From IMG/VR virus record IMGVR_UViG_3300030447_000342: a stretch of DNA of 64,000 nt; one strand, 5' to 3'. Under the pieces are notes generated by a model. That model was given only the letters and a program-made list of their open reading frames with translations, made no database searches and had not been told where the DNA came from. How positions within the stretch are numbered: position 1 is the first letter of the stretch; each line of letters begins with the position of its first letter. The stretch is from a virus. Of the stretch, positions 45,389 through 53,116 are shown in pieces. The translations under genes and the position numbers were made by a program.

Positions 45389-45439
45389 TTACTTTAGCCT
45401 TTGGCGTAAAGCTCTCTTACGAGAAAATCCGTTACAGTC
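45389..45439 (-). repeat. Copy C of the two-hairpin motif, ~320 nt upstream of the RT start
   Basis: Minus strand: CTGTAAC-GGATT-[TTCTC GTAA GAGA]-GC-[TTTAC-G-CC AAA GGC TAAAG]-TAACAA. Confidence 0.6.
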
Positions 45440-45441
45440 TG

Positions 45442-45462
45442 TGGCGCATTAAGGCTGCGCCA
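45442..45462. other. Perfect 7-bp hairpin whose loop contains the stop codon of the upstream gene, immediately 5' of motif copy C
   Basis: TGGCGCA ttaaggc TGCGCCA. The TAA stop (rc of tta at 45449-45451) lies in the loop. Confidence 0.5.
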
Positions 45463-46255
45463 TACCTAATAATTCAAACAGTTCTTCGTCCGTAAAGACA
45501 TTTTGAGTTGTGAATGGCTTGATGAAAAACACGCCGTCCTCTCGTTGTTCGACAATCGTGTCAGGGCTCAACGTGCACACCGGTCTTACCCCGGAACAGC
45601 TTGATGCTGTCAGCCTGTTTAACACACCAGAGCGATTCGAAATCGCCGCTCTTTCGGTCTCAACATCGTCTAACAGCCAGAAGCTCATAAATCCACGGTC
45701 TGAATCAAGCCCTGCATAACGAGCTTTCAGGTCGAACAAGTCGGCTGTCGGATTCGGACGAATGCCTTTTCTTTTGAATAAGTCAAAGCGCCGCCCATCT
45801 TGGAGGCTAAAAATGTCTGCAATTGATGGTAGGCGAATCAACGAAGACACTCGGTTCTCTCCGACCACATACTCTTTCCTAACCAAAGAAGCAATCTCGT
45901 GGTCTTCAAAGAAATACAGAAACCCGTAATGGTCTTCATAGCGAGCATAACTATACCTCACAAAGGCACCGGGCGAAGAATCATTATCGTGCATTGCGTG
46001 ATACCACATCATCTGGTCACTGTTCAAGAACGAAAACAGATTTGACACTGGATACTTCGCATTATTAACACGCCTATAATGCCCAGTCTCTTCCGCCGCA
46101 TCGAAGCACAGGTAGTCGATAGCTTTTTCTGTGATAAAATCACAGTTTGGATTGCCTTTCAGCCAAACAATCGGGTACGGGTTGTCTTTGTCCACACCGT
46201 ACTTGCCCATCACGAGTTGTGCGCCAACCTTGAGAGCACCAACGGTCGTGTCCAT
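45449..46255 (-). CDS. Hypothetical protein (268 aa) immediately upstream of the RT-associated non-coding region
   Basis: ORF with a good start context. No recognised motif. Not a detectable DGR variable protein (no VR/TR pair found). Confidence 0.45.
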   Translation of the reverse strand: MDTTVGALKVGAQLVMGKYGVDKDNPYPIVWLKGNPNCDFITEKAIDYLCFDAAEETGHYRRVNNAKYPVSNLFSFLNSDQMMWYHAMHDNDSSPGAFVRYSYARYEDHYGFLYFFEDHEIASLVRKEYVVGENRVSSLIRLPSIADIFSLQDGRRFDLFKRKGIRPNPTADLFDLKARYAGLDSDRGFMSFWLLDDVETERAAISNRSGVLNRLTASSCSGVRPVCTLSPDTIVEQREDGVFFIKPFTTQNVFTDEELFELLGMAQP

Positions 46256-46288
46256 ACCTTACCCCCCTCCCTTCGTTCTTTTTGAAAA

Positions 46289-46966
46289 TTAAAACGCATC
46301 CAGCAGCGGCTGGAATGCGTCACAAATAATCAGCTTATTCAGCCCCTTGCCCCTGATGTACTTGACGAAGTTGCTCACACCCAGAGCACAAATCACTCTG
46401 ACCGTAGTGACAACACCAAGCGTAATGCCGCAAGCTGAGACTGGAGTTTCTTCCGCCGCCTCATCGTGTGTAAAATTCATGGAGTTGAGGAGGTCTTTCT
46501 TCATCTTGTAGTCAGACCAATCAGCAGCATAGTGCTGACCAGCCTCCAGCAGAGTTCTGAAATCAAACATCGCCTTTACATACGGATTGTCGAAGTGTTT
46601 CTCAACAATCTTTTTTCTCAGCTCGATGTTATCAACGCACAAGAACACATAGCCGGATAACTGCTGCCCGTTCCACCCATCCTTGTAAAGCTTCAGGTCA
46701 TCCTTAACATCAGGATTGATGTCGAAAAGAATATCCGCCAATGCCTCGACCTTAGAGCGCCCAATGTCCTGCTGACGGAAAATCTGATTTGCCAGATTGT
46801 GCGGACTTACTGTGTCCATATCCCACAGTGCGATGTTCGTGAGTCCTAAGCGAACCAGTAGCTCCGCAACCGTCGCGCCGACAGAACCACACCCGACGAT
46901 ATGGATTCTACAATCAACCTTCTCGGGCTGGAAATATTCATAGCTCTTTGACAGGTCAATAGCCAT
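46289..46966 (-). CDS. E1-like ThiF/MoeB-family adenylyltransferase
   Basis: Rossmann motif RIHIVGCGSVGATVAELLVRLG. LWDMDTVSPHNLANQ (D.D.V..SNLNRQ-like). Confidence 0.7.
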   Translation of the reverse strand: MAIDLSKSYEYFQPEKVDCRIHIVGCGSVGATVAELLVRLGLTNIALWDMDTVSPHNLANQIFRQQDIGRSKVEALADILFDINPDVKDDLKLYKDGWNGQQLSGYVFLCVDNIELRKKIVEKHFDNPYVKAMFDFRTLLEAGQHYAADWSDYKMKKDLLNSMNFTHDEAAEETPVSACGITLGVVTTVRVICALGVSNFVKYIRGKGLNKLIICDAFQPLLDAF

Positions 46967-46967
46967 A

Positions 46968-47900
46968 TTACTTACCTCCTAAGTATGCATAAGGGTCGTA
47001 GTCATCTTCGTCTTCCCAGCCATGCATTGATTCTTGGCAGGCATTCTGTCCATGCCAACCAGCGCCAATTCTGGTTCTGGGTTTCTCTCCCTCGTTCTTT
47101 TTACCAGATGACTTATCCTTGTTTTCTTCTTTCTTACTGTCCTTCTTGTCGTCGGACTTACCTGCAAGTGGATTGTACGGAGTACCAGCCGGAGCTCCCC
47201 TGTATCCCTGATTGTAGTAACCGCCGTATCCGCTCTGACCGCCATACGCATAGGACTTTGACTTCACCATATCCTTCGCGTTTTTGATAAACTCATCAAG
47301 TCCTTCATTCTGACCGATAATCTTGACCGTGATATCTTTATCCTCAAACATCACGTTCTTCTTGAGGTCATAGATTTTATTTGTGCTTGCAAATGACTTG
47401 TTCCAAATCATAAAGATGTAGAAGTCATTATCGCCAAGCATCCCGAGGATTTCCTCTTGATGATTGAGGTCAACAGAGGATGGAGACGTACCCATATTTA
47501 CATGAGAATGTCCCTGCATATAGATGTGGTTGAAACGCTCATCTTCGATGTTTTCCTGAATCCACAGAGCATATTTCTCGGTGTCCATCTCAACCGTTGC
47601 GCCGGTTACCTCCTGCGGATAGACAACGATGTCATCGATGACATACTCGTCAAGCGATTCATCTTCAGTTCGACGTGCGACACCATGCCATGCGACCTCT
47701 TTATCGAACTCTTTGATAAGCATAGTCATCTTTGCCCACGCCTCTGCGCTGAAGTAAACTACTGCCTTTCTGTCACCACATGAGAACGCTTTGGTAAAAG
47801 AAAGCTTTCCATCCGAGAGCTTTGTAAGTGACAAAGCCTTCTCAAAATCTTGACGGCACTCATCAATGAGTTCCTGCGTCAACTTAATTGGTCTGCTCAT
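46968..47900 (-). CDS. JAB/MPN (JAMM) metalloprotease-domain protein with a low-complexity G/Y/K-rich C-terminus ending ..YLGGK
   Basis: JAMM motif HIYMQGHSHVNMGTSPSSVDLNHQ (H-x-H-x7-S-x2-D) with an upstream Glu in AWHGVARRTEDE. Confidence 0.65.
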   Translation of the reverse strand: MSRPIKLTQELIDECRQDFEKALSLTKLSDGKLSFTKAFSCGDRKAVVYFSAEAWAKMTMLIKEFDKEVAWHGVARRTEDESLDEYVIDDIVVYPQEVTGATVEMDTEKYALWIQENIEDERFNHIYMQGHSHVNMGTSPSSVDLNHQEEILGMLGDNDFYIFMIWNKSFASTNKIYDLKKNVMFEDKDITVKIIGQNEGLDEFIKNAKDMVKSKSYAYGGQSGYGGYYNQGYRGAPAGTPYNPLAGKSDDKKDSKKEENKDKSSGKKNEGEKPRTRIGAGWHGQNACQESMHGWEDEDDYDPYAYLGGK

Positions 47901-49377
47901 TTTGCGCCTCCTCCGTCTGCTCATCCTTTGCCTCCTGCTCATCAAGCCATCTAATTGCTTCGTTCGGCTTTACAACGCGACCATCTGGCAACTCAATACA
48001 ACGACTGACCGTGTTATTTGACCACATGGTTCTCATAAACTCGCCCATAACTGCACTGTCGCCGAAGTTCAGACTCTTACAGGACGCAATACACTGCTCA
48101 AGTGCACCGATATAATTTCGTTTTCTCAGCAGTTCATTGATAGTCCTGCTGTAATTGCCCATGCAATGATAACGGTCAATATGCGTATTAGGCATATAAC
48201 CATCAAATGTGTAATCAGAAAAATCACCAGTCTGCGCAGAAACACTACCATTCAGGTCGAATCTATATGCTGCGCAAAAGCGGATTCTAAGCCGAGGATT
48301 TTCACTTACGAAAATCTCCTGCATCAGCTTCTGCATTTTCTCTGAAGCTGCCGCATTGTGACCGTTGCCACCATCCGGTCGATACACATAACTGCTTCTA
48401 TTGTTGATTGCTCGCTCAGCCATATCTCTGTCAAAGTATTCAAGGTAGTCTTTAACCGAGAAATACATATCCGTATTGCTAACATGAGACAGGACAAGTC
48501 TGTTGTTGCAGAGGAAATAATCCATGATTTCAGAGTCTCCACCGCCCTCTGCAATTCTTTGCTCAAGTCCCAACAATCTGATGCACTTGTCATTGCGGCG
48601 CGACAGATACGCGCCGATAGAATCATTGAGTCGCTGAATCTCCATGTCAATAGATTGGATTTCATTGCGAACAGTATCACATTCGATGCGCTCATATCTG
48701 GTTTCAAAATCACCCAGTAACTGACGAATCCGCGCTGTTCTGAAATCATATCCCTCGGCAAGCTTTGCAATGCACTTCTCATAGTTTGCTGAATTTGTTT
48801 CTCGCAAAGATTGCATCAATGCAAGCTCATCTTCTGTCAAACCATCATCCTGATTCAGATACCACGGCATGAATGCAAGAATAGATACCTGAAGATAATG
48901 CATTTTCTTAACATCAAGATTGTCAACGAAGACAATCACCGACTTCTTGTCAGGGTTGATATAACAATCAACATTGAATGACTTCCGATAAAACGCTTTG
49001 ACCTTATCAAGACGGTGATACTCTGGGTAGATAGAAGTAAACTTGTCCTCCACAATCTGCATACAAGCCAGATTGCTATTTTGGTCAGCATTGAAGCTAT
49101 GAACTATGAGCGCACCGCTGGCATTCATTTGATAACTGCTACAGATAGCACTAACCGCACGTTCTGCTGGAACGTTACGGATAGTGTTCCCATCATAATT
49201 GGTCGAACCGAAAGTCAGGTAAACACTTTCGTCCTCTTTGATTCGAGGTGCAACCAGTGCACGAAGCGTTGAAAGGAACGAACAGTCATTGCCAAAATAG
49301 CTTCCGGTAATGTTCTGAAAAAAGCTATTAGCCGCCTCTGACGTAAACGGTGTCGATGTAATGCTTGTCTTGAACAC
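47884..49377 (-). CDS. Hypothetical protein (497 aa), first gene of the JAB / E1 / 268-aa / RT string
   Basis: Long ORF, no motif recognised. Overlaps the JAB gene start. Confidence 0.5.
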   Translation of the reverse strand: MFKTSITSTPFTSEAANSFFQNITGSYFGNDCSFLSTLRALVAPRIKEDESVYLTFGSTNYDGNTIRNVPAERAVSAICSSYQMNASGALIVHSFNADQNSNLACMQIVEDKFTSIYPEYHRLDKVKAFYRKSFNVDCYINPDKKSVIVFVDNLDVKKMHYLQVSILAFMPWYLNQDDGLTEDELALMQSLRETNSANYEKCIAKLAEGYDFRTARIRQLLGDFETRYERIECDTVRNEIQSIDMEIQRLNDSIGAYLSRRNDKCIRLLGLEQRIAEGGGDSEIMDYFLCNNRLVLSHVSNTDMYFSVKDYLEYFDRDMAERAINNRSSYVYRPDGGNGHNAAASEKMQKLMQEIFVSENPRLRIRFCAAYRFDLNGSVSAQTGDFSDYTFDGYMPNTHIDRYHCMGNYSRTINELLRKRNYIGALEQCIASCKSLNFGDSAVMGEFMRTMWSNNTVSRCIELPDGRVVKPNEAIRWLDEQEAKDEQTEEAQNEQTN

Positions 49378-49403
49378 AGAAACACCTCAATTCATTTTTA
49401 TCT

Positions 49404-49488
49404 TGGTGGGGAATATCGGATTTGAACCGATACGGCATACGCCAACAGAACTTAAATCTGTTGTGTCTTCCAATTCCACCAATTCCCC
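49404..49488 (-). tRNA. tRNA-Leu (anticodon UAA), long variable arm, CCA encoded
   Basis: ACAGA TTTAAGT TCTGT anticodon arm. Extra arm GGCGTATGCCGTATC. Confidence 0.8.
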
Positions 49489-49530
49489 ATGAAAAGAGCC
49501 GCCCCATGAAGGGCGGCTCTAATCTAAAAC

Positions 49531-49758
49531 TTAGGCGTTGTCCGCCTTAACGACATTCAGCAGGAAGCACTTCTCGGTAATGCCGAACTGCTGGAAGGTC
49601 TTATCGAGGTCGCCGGGGTTCAGAGAAGAACCATCGAGGTGCATGACACCACGAGTGTAATCAACGCCGTTTGCCTCAAGGCAGGAGCGCAGGGTGGTAT
49701 TCTCATCGATGATGACAGCCTCACGCTTAACATTGTTGCCAACAGTAACCTTAATCAT
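49531..49758 (-). CDS. Hypothetical small protein
   Basis: 75-aa ORF between tRNA genes. Confidence 0.35.
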   Translation of the reverse strand: MIKVTVGNNVKREAVIIDENTTLRSCLEANGVDYTRGVMHLDGSSLNPGDLDKTFQQFGITEKCFLLNVVKADNA

Positions 49759-49831
49759 TATGTATTCTCCTTTTATTCGTTTTTTGTTTTTTGGGTGGTG
49801 GGGCGGCTATGCCGCCCCGTTGCAGTGTCTC

Positions 49832-50230
49832 TTACTGAGCGACAGTGATGTTGCTCATCACGGTTGCCTTCTCAGCCGCAATCTCTTCGAGAACAGTGGG
49901 GAGCTTCTCTTCGAGCTTGTTGAGGTTGATGATGGCAGCGCCGAGGCGGTCAGCGACCCAATCCTTCACATCGCCGGTAACACCGTCGAGGAACAGGGTG
50001 ATGCACGCCAGCTTGTCATCGTCACGGGTCTCGGAGCCGAAGGATGCGCCAACTGCGTTGATATTGCCTGCACCATGAGTGGTGCCGACACCGAAGATGG
50101 GCTCCTTGCCATCCTCGCCGCCCTTCAGGACGAGCTCCTTGGGACGATACTTCTCGATGGTCTTGATGTCCTCAAGCTTCATTGCGGAAGTGACGACGAC
50201 TGCGTCGCCTGCGATAACGATTTTTGCCAT
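49832..50230 (-). CDS. Hypothetical protein
   Basis: Probable start MAKIVIAGDA with an AAGGAG RBS. GC-richer segment. Confidence 0.4.
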   Translation of the reverse strand: MAKIVIAGDAVVVTSAMKLEDIKTIEKYRPKELVLKGGEDGKEPIFGVGTTHGAGNINAVGASFGSETRDDDKLACITLFLDGVTGDVKDWVADRLGAAIINLNKLEEKLPTVLEEIAAEKATVMSNITVAQ

Positions 50231-50404
50231 GTGTATGTACTCCTTGATTTCAAATGTACCCCTATTAGTTCGTCTTACGACTATCCGCCCACACCACGAG
50301 GAGGTTGGAGCCATTGTGGACATAAAACCACTGAAGCAACTGCCCCAGTGGTTATGGTTTTATCTTGCACCACTTCCGTGGTGCTGATACTTTTGATACA
50401 CAGA

Positions 50405-51064
50405 TTAGAAACTGAAAGCCGGGGCGACGCCACAGGAACTCCTTGCGCCGTTACGGTCCGCGCCGCCGTTCGCGCCCACACCGCAGAAGGCGCCGCTGAT
50501 GCCGTAACTAGGAGAACGCAGCATAGTGTACTCAGCGGAACCATTACGCTTCTTGCCCCAAGGGACATCTTCTTGCCGGTAATATTCGTACCAATGACCT
50601 TCGCCCGGTGCCGAATAGATGTTCCGTCCAAAGGTTTCTTTTTCAGACTTAATCCAAAACTTGCACTCCGTTTCGAGCAATTCGTTCGCTCCGTCATAGG
50701 TGTTTGCAGTAAGCTTGATTACTGGTTCGACCACCTCAAGAATCTCGTCTGGCATGAGCTGGTAAATTACGCCATCTTCGTCGTTCATCTTATGGAACAG
50801 CTCTGTTGCACCCCAAGAGCCTCTGTTTGTGTCGTTGCTATTCCAACGATGCCGGTTTGGAAGGCAGTCAACCATCTCCCAAGTTAGTGGGAGGATACGA
50901 CCACTTTTTGTAACATCGTGTTTGAATCCAATGATACGGAACTGAACCAGTGTATCGTCTTTTAATCTGACGTTTTTGAAATCGCCTAATCTAAGGAAGT
51001 CGGGTGCCATATCCCCAAGCCCCTTCAGCGAACGCCACGGCATATTATCCAAACATTCAGGCAT
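50405..51064 (-). CDS. Hypothetical protein
   Basis: 219-aa ORF. Confidence 0.45.
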   Translation of the reverse strand: MPECLDNMPWRSLKGLGDMAPDFLRLGDFKNVRLKDDTLVQFRIIGFKHDVTKSGRILPLTWEMVDCLPNRHRWNSNDTNRGSWGATELFHKMNDEDGVIYQLMPDEILEVVEPVIKLTANTYDGANELLETECKFWIKSEKETFGRNIYSAPGEGHWYEYYRQEDVPWGKKRNGSAEYTMLRSPSYGISGAFCGVGANGGADRNGARSSCGVAPAFSF

Positions 51065-51092
51065 ATGTTACCTCCGTCCATAATCATTTAGT

Positions 51093-51182
51093 TGGCGGGG
51101 AGTGTAGGATTCGAACCCACGGACGGCTTTCACCGCCAACGGTTTTCAAGACCGCCACCATAAGCCACTCGGTCAACTCCCC
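51093..51182 (-). tRNA. tRNA-Ser (anticodon UGA), long variable arm, CCA encoded
   Basis: GCGGT CTTGAAA ACCGT anticodon arm. Acceptor GGGGAGT/ACTCCCC. Confidence 0.8.
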
Positions 51183-51199
51183 AAATAAAAAGAGACGGG

Positions 51200-51862
51200 T
51201 CATTCGCCCGTCTCAGTCTCAGTTTCATCTTCTTCATCTTCCGGCTCATCCACGCCATCGATATCATATTCATCATACGGAAACTCTGTAAAGACTTCAC
51301 AGCCGCTTTCTTTTTCCGTTATAATCATCGGTCGATAGATATGGAAACCGTAATCTTCTGAAAGCTCTTTCAAAAATCCATCAAGGATTTCATCGACAGC
51401 TTCATAGCCATACGCTTCTAAGATATTTGTTCCGTCGTTGTCACCCTCCTGCAGCGCGATTGCGAGGAAATCTGCCATAGCCAAACGGAGTTCATCATCT
51501 CGCTCATACATAGCATCCTCTATGTCCATCCATGTTTCATCGCTTTCTTCTTTGCCGCCATCTGGATTATCTCCCGGAACATACTTGTTGTCTGTAATCA
51601 CAACAGGAAAGAGATAGCGTGTGTAGAATTTCTTCGACACCGCTGTACAGTCCTCCTCACTCACGCAAGGTTCTTTGTACTCAATTTTTTCGTTGCCCTT
51701 TGCAACAGCCAAAACTGGGAGGTCGTTTTCCTCGGTAAGATACACGGCATACTCCGTGTCGGTGTTCTCAGCAATGAGAACCATTTCTTTGTTCAAACGT
51801 TTTCTGCTTGCTTGGAAAAACCCCCATACTGCATCAGCGGGGATATGAATATGAACTCCCAT
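51200..51862 (-). CDS. Hypothetical protein with a highly acidic C-terminus
   Basis: Start MGVHIHIP with an AAGGAGG RBS. The track's longer ORF reads through the tRNA-Lys gene and is rejected. Confidence 0.45.
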   Translation of the reverse strand: MGVHIHIPADAVWGFFQASRKRLNKEMVLIAENTDTEYAVYLTEENDLPVLAVAKGNEKIEYKEPCVSEEDCTAVSKKFYTRYLFPVVITDNKYVPGDNPDGGKEESDETWMDIEDAMYERDDELRLAMADFLAIALQEGDNDGTNILEAYGYEAVDEILDGFLKELSEDYGFHIYRPMIITEKESGCEVFTEFPYDEYDIDGVDEPEDEEDETETETGE

Positions 51863-51888
51863 AAGGAACCTCCTTATATATTTGACTT

Positions 51889-51964
51889 TGGTACTCCCGA
51901 CGAGGCTCGAACTCGTGACCCCAGCATTAAAAGTGCCGTGCTCTACCAACTGAGCTACGGAAGT
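51889..51964 (-). tRNA. tRNA-Lys (anticodon UUU), CCA encoded
   Basis: CGGCA CTTTTAA TGCTG anticodon arm. T-arm CACGA GTTCGAG CCTCG. Confidence 0.8.
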
Positions 51965-52135
51965 ATATTGACCGGCTATTACGGTATGCCCAGAAAGGTG
52001 GACACGCTTGAGTTCCACAAACAGTTTTGCCCGCAAAAGATGGAGGTGAATATTTGATGGAGGTGTTTATCTTAATGCAGGTACGAAGAAAGGAACTTAC
52101 AAATGAACGAAGGACACGCGCATGGCAAAACTGTC

Positions 52136-52219
52136 TGGTGCAGGATAAGAGACTTGAACTCTTACGCCGGAGGCAGCGGGACTTGAATCCGCCGTGTCTG
52201 CCAATTCCACCAATCCTGC
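52136..52219 (-). tRNA. tRNA-Leu (anticodon CAA), type II with a long variable arm, CCA encoded; A:C mismatch closing the anticodon stem
   Basis: GCGG(A) TTCAAGT (C)CCGC anticodon arm. Extra arm CTGCCTCCGGCG. T-arm AAGAG TTCAAGT CTCTT. Confidence 0.65.
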
Positions 52220-52226
52220 ATATTTC

Positions 52227-52427
52227 TTATATCCAACCAGCTAATACTGCGATTGTTGTCACACTCAAAACGGTTAGTACAATGTTGTCATACACTATTC
52301 GGTTGTGGAGATTTTTGCTTGCTCGCTCAACCTTTCTTTGGAGTCGCTCAATTTCTTCGTTTTTGCTTTCGCGCTCAAATTTGTATTTGCACCACGCTTC
52401 GCCTGATATGAAGTCACCACGCTCCAT
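52227..52427 (-). CDS. Hypothetical small protein with a C-terminal TM helix
   Basis: 66-aa ORF. Confidence 0.3.
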   Translation of the reverse strand: MERGDFISGEAWCKYKFERESKNEEIERLQRKVERASKNLHNRIVYDNIVLTVLSVTTIAVLAGWI

Positions 52428-52455
52428 GTTTATACCTCCTTACCAAAGTCATGTT

Positions 52456-52782
52456 TTATCGAATGCCGTCTACCCACAACTCTAACGTGCGACGATTTGC
52501 GTACTGTTTACAGAGTTCTTCGATGGATACACCATGTGCCTTTGCATCCGTTTTCATTGCCGTAAACTGGTCTCTGTATTTTTTGACCATCTTTTCAACG
52601 GCAAGAAAATGCTCTTTGTCTTTAGGATAGAAGGCAATATCATCAAGGCAGACACTGCTTATATCTCCCGTGTGGCAAATTACTTTCCAGCAATTTTTGC
52701 ATGGCGCATCATCTATGCTCACCATATGATTGATGCAGTCACTGCAGTGGACAACCACTCCATTTACCTTAATTGGTTTCAT
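52456..52782 (-). CDS. Hypothetical Cys-rich protein
   Basis: 108 aa; CSDCINH and CKNCWKVICH cysteine cluster. Confidence 0.4.
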   Translation of the reverse strand: MKPIKVNGVVVHCSDCINHMVSIDDAPCKNCWKVICHTGDISSVCLDDIAFYPKDKEHFLAVEKMVKKYRDQFTAMKTDAKAHGVSIEELCKQYANRRTLELWVDGIR

Positions 52783-52804
52783 TGGTTGCTCCTCCTTTTA
52801 TGAG

Positions 52805-52880
52805 GTGGTGGAGATAGCCGGACTCGAACCGGCGACCCTCTGCTTGCAAAGCAGATGCTCTCCCAGCTGAGCTATACCCC
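52805..52880 (-). tRNA. tRNA-Ala (anticodon UGC) with the G3:U70 identity pair, CCA encoded
   Basis: GGGGGTA TA GCTC AGCTGGGA GAGC; TCTGC TTTGCAA GCAGA; acceptor 3' TATCTCC A CCA. Near-identical architecture to bacterial tRNA-Ala. Confidence 0.85.
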
Positions 52881-53007
52881 CATACTTTACGGCATAAAAC
52901 CCAAGTCAACTCCGCCGTTTGATGTTCCCCACACTAATACCTCAATGCTTCGGATTGCATCAATAAGCCTTGCGCTCCGATACCCAAGGAATGAACATCG
53001 TTCCCAC

Positions 53008-53087
53008 TGGCGCCGAGAGCCGGTCTTGAACCGCCATTATAGCCTGATGTTGACAGCGCTATGTTTTACCAATTAAACTACCTCGGC
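53008..53087 (-). ncRNA. Aberrant tRNA-like element: normal acceptor, D- and T-arms, but an extended 8-bp bulged anticodon stem with loop UCAACAU; CCA encoded
   Basis: GCCGAGG TA GTTT AATTGGTA AAAC; ATAGC-g-CTG [tcaacat] CAG-GCTAT; T-arm GGCGG TTCAAGA CCGGC with one G:G mismatch; GCCA end. Confidence 0.3.
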
Positions 53088-53116
53088 AAAAAGCGCCGTC
53101 GAAAAAACGGCGGCGC
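53088..53116 (-). terminator. Minus-strand intrinsic terminator directly upstream of the aberrant tRNA-like gene
   Basis: Minus strand: GCGCCGCCG ttttttc GACGGCGC followed by TTTTTGCC. Confidence 0.5.

Noticed and set aside
43933-45462. Diversity-generating retroelement (DGR) interpretation of the RT locus
   Set aside because: The RT carries QGxxxSP, not the DGR-typical xGxxxSQ motif. I could find no ~100-bp template/variable repeat pair (adenine-mutagenised or otherwise) between the RT-proximal non-coding DNA and the 3' end of the upstream gene. No Avd-like small gene.
43332-45462. Group II intron interpretation of the RT locus
   Set aside because: The RT is only 378 aa with no maturase (X) or endonuclease domain. 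No GUGYG 5' end and no domain V (AGC triad, bulged 34-nt hairpin) were recognisable. The flanking repeats are direct copies of a short two-hairpin module instead.
51200-52036. Full-length 278-aa ORF from the track
   Set aside because: Its N-terminal 58 codons are a read-through of the tRNA-Lys gene (VAQLVEHGTFNAGVTSSSLVGST is tRNA translated). The real start is the internal Met at 51862, which has an AAGGAGG RBS.
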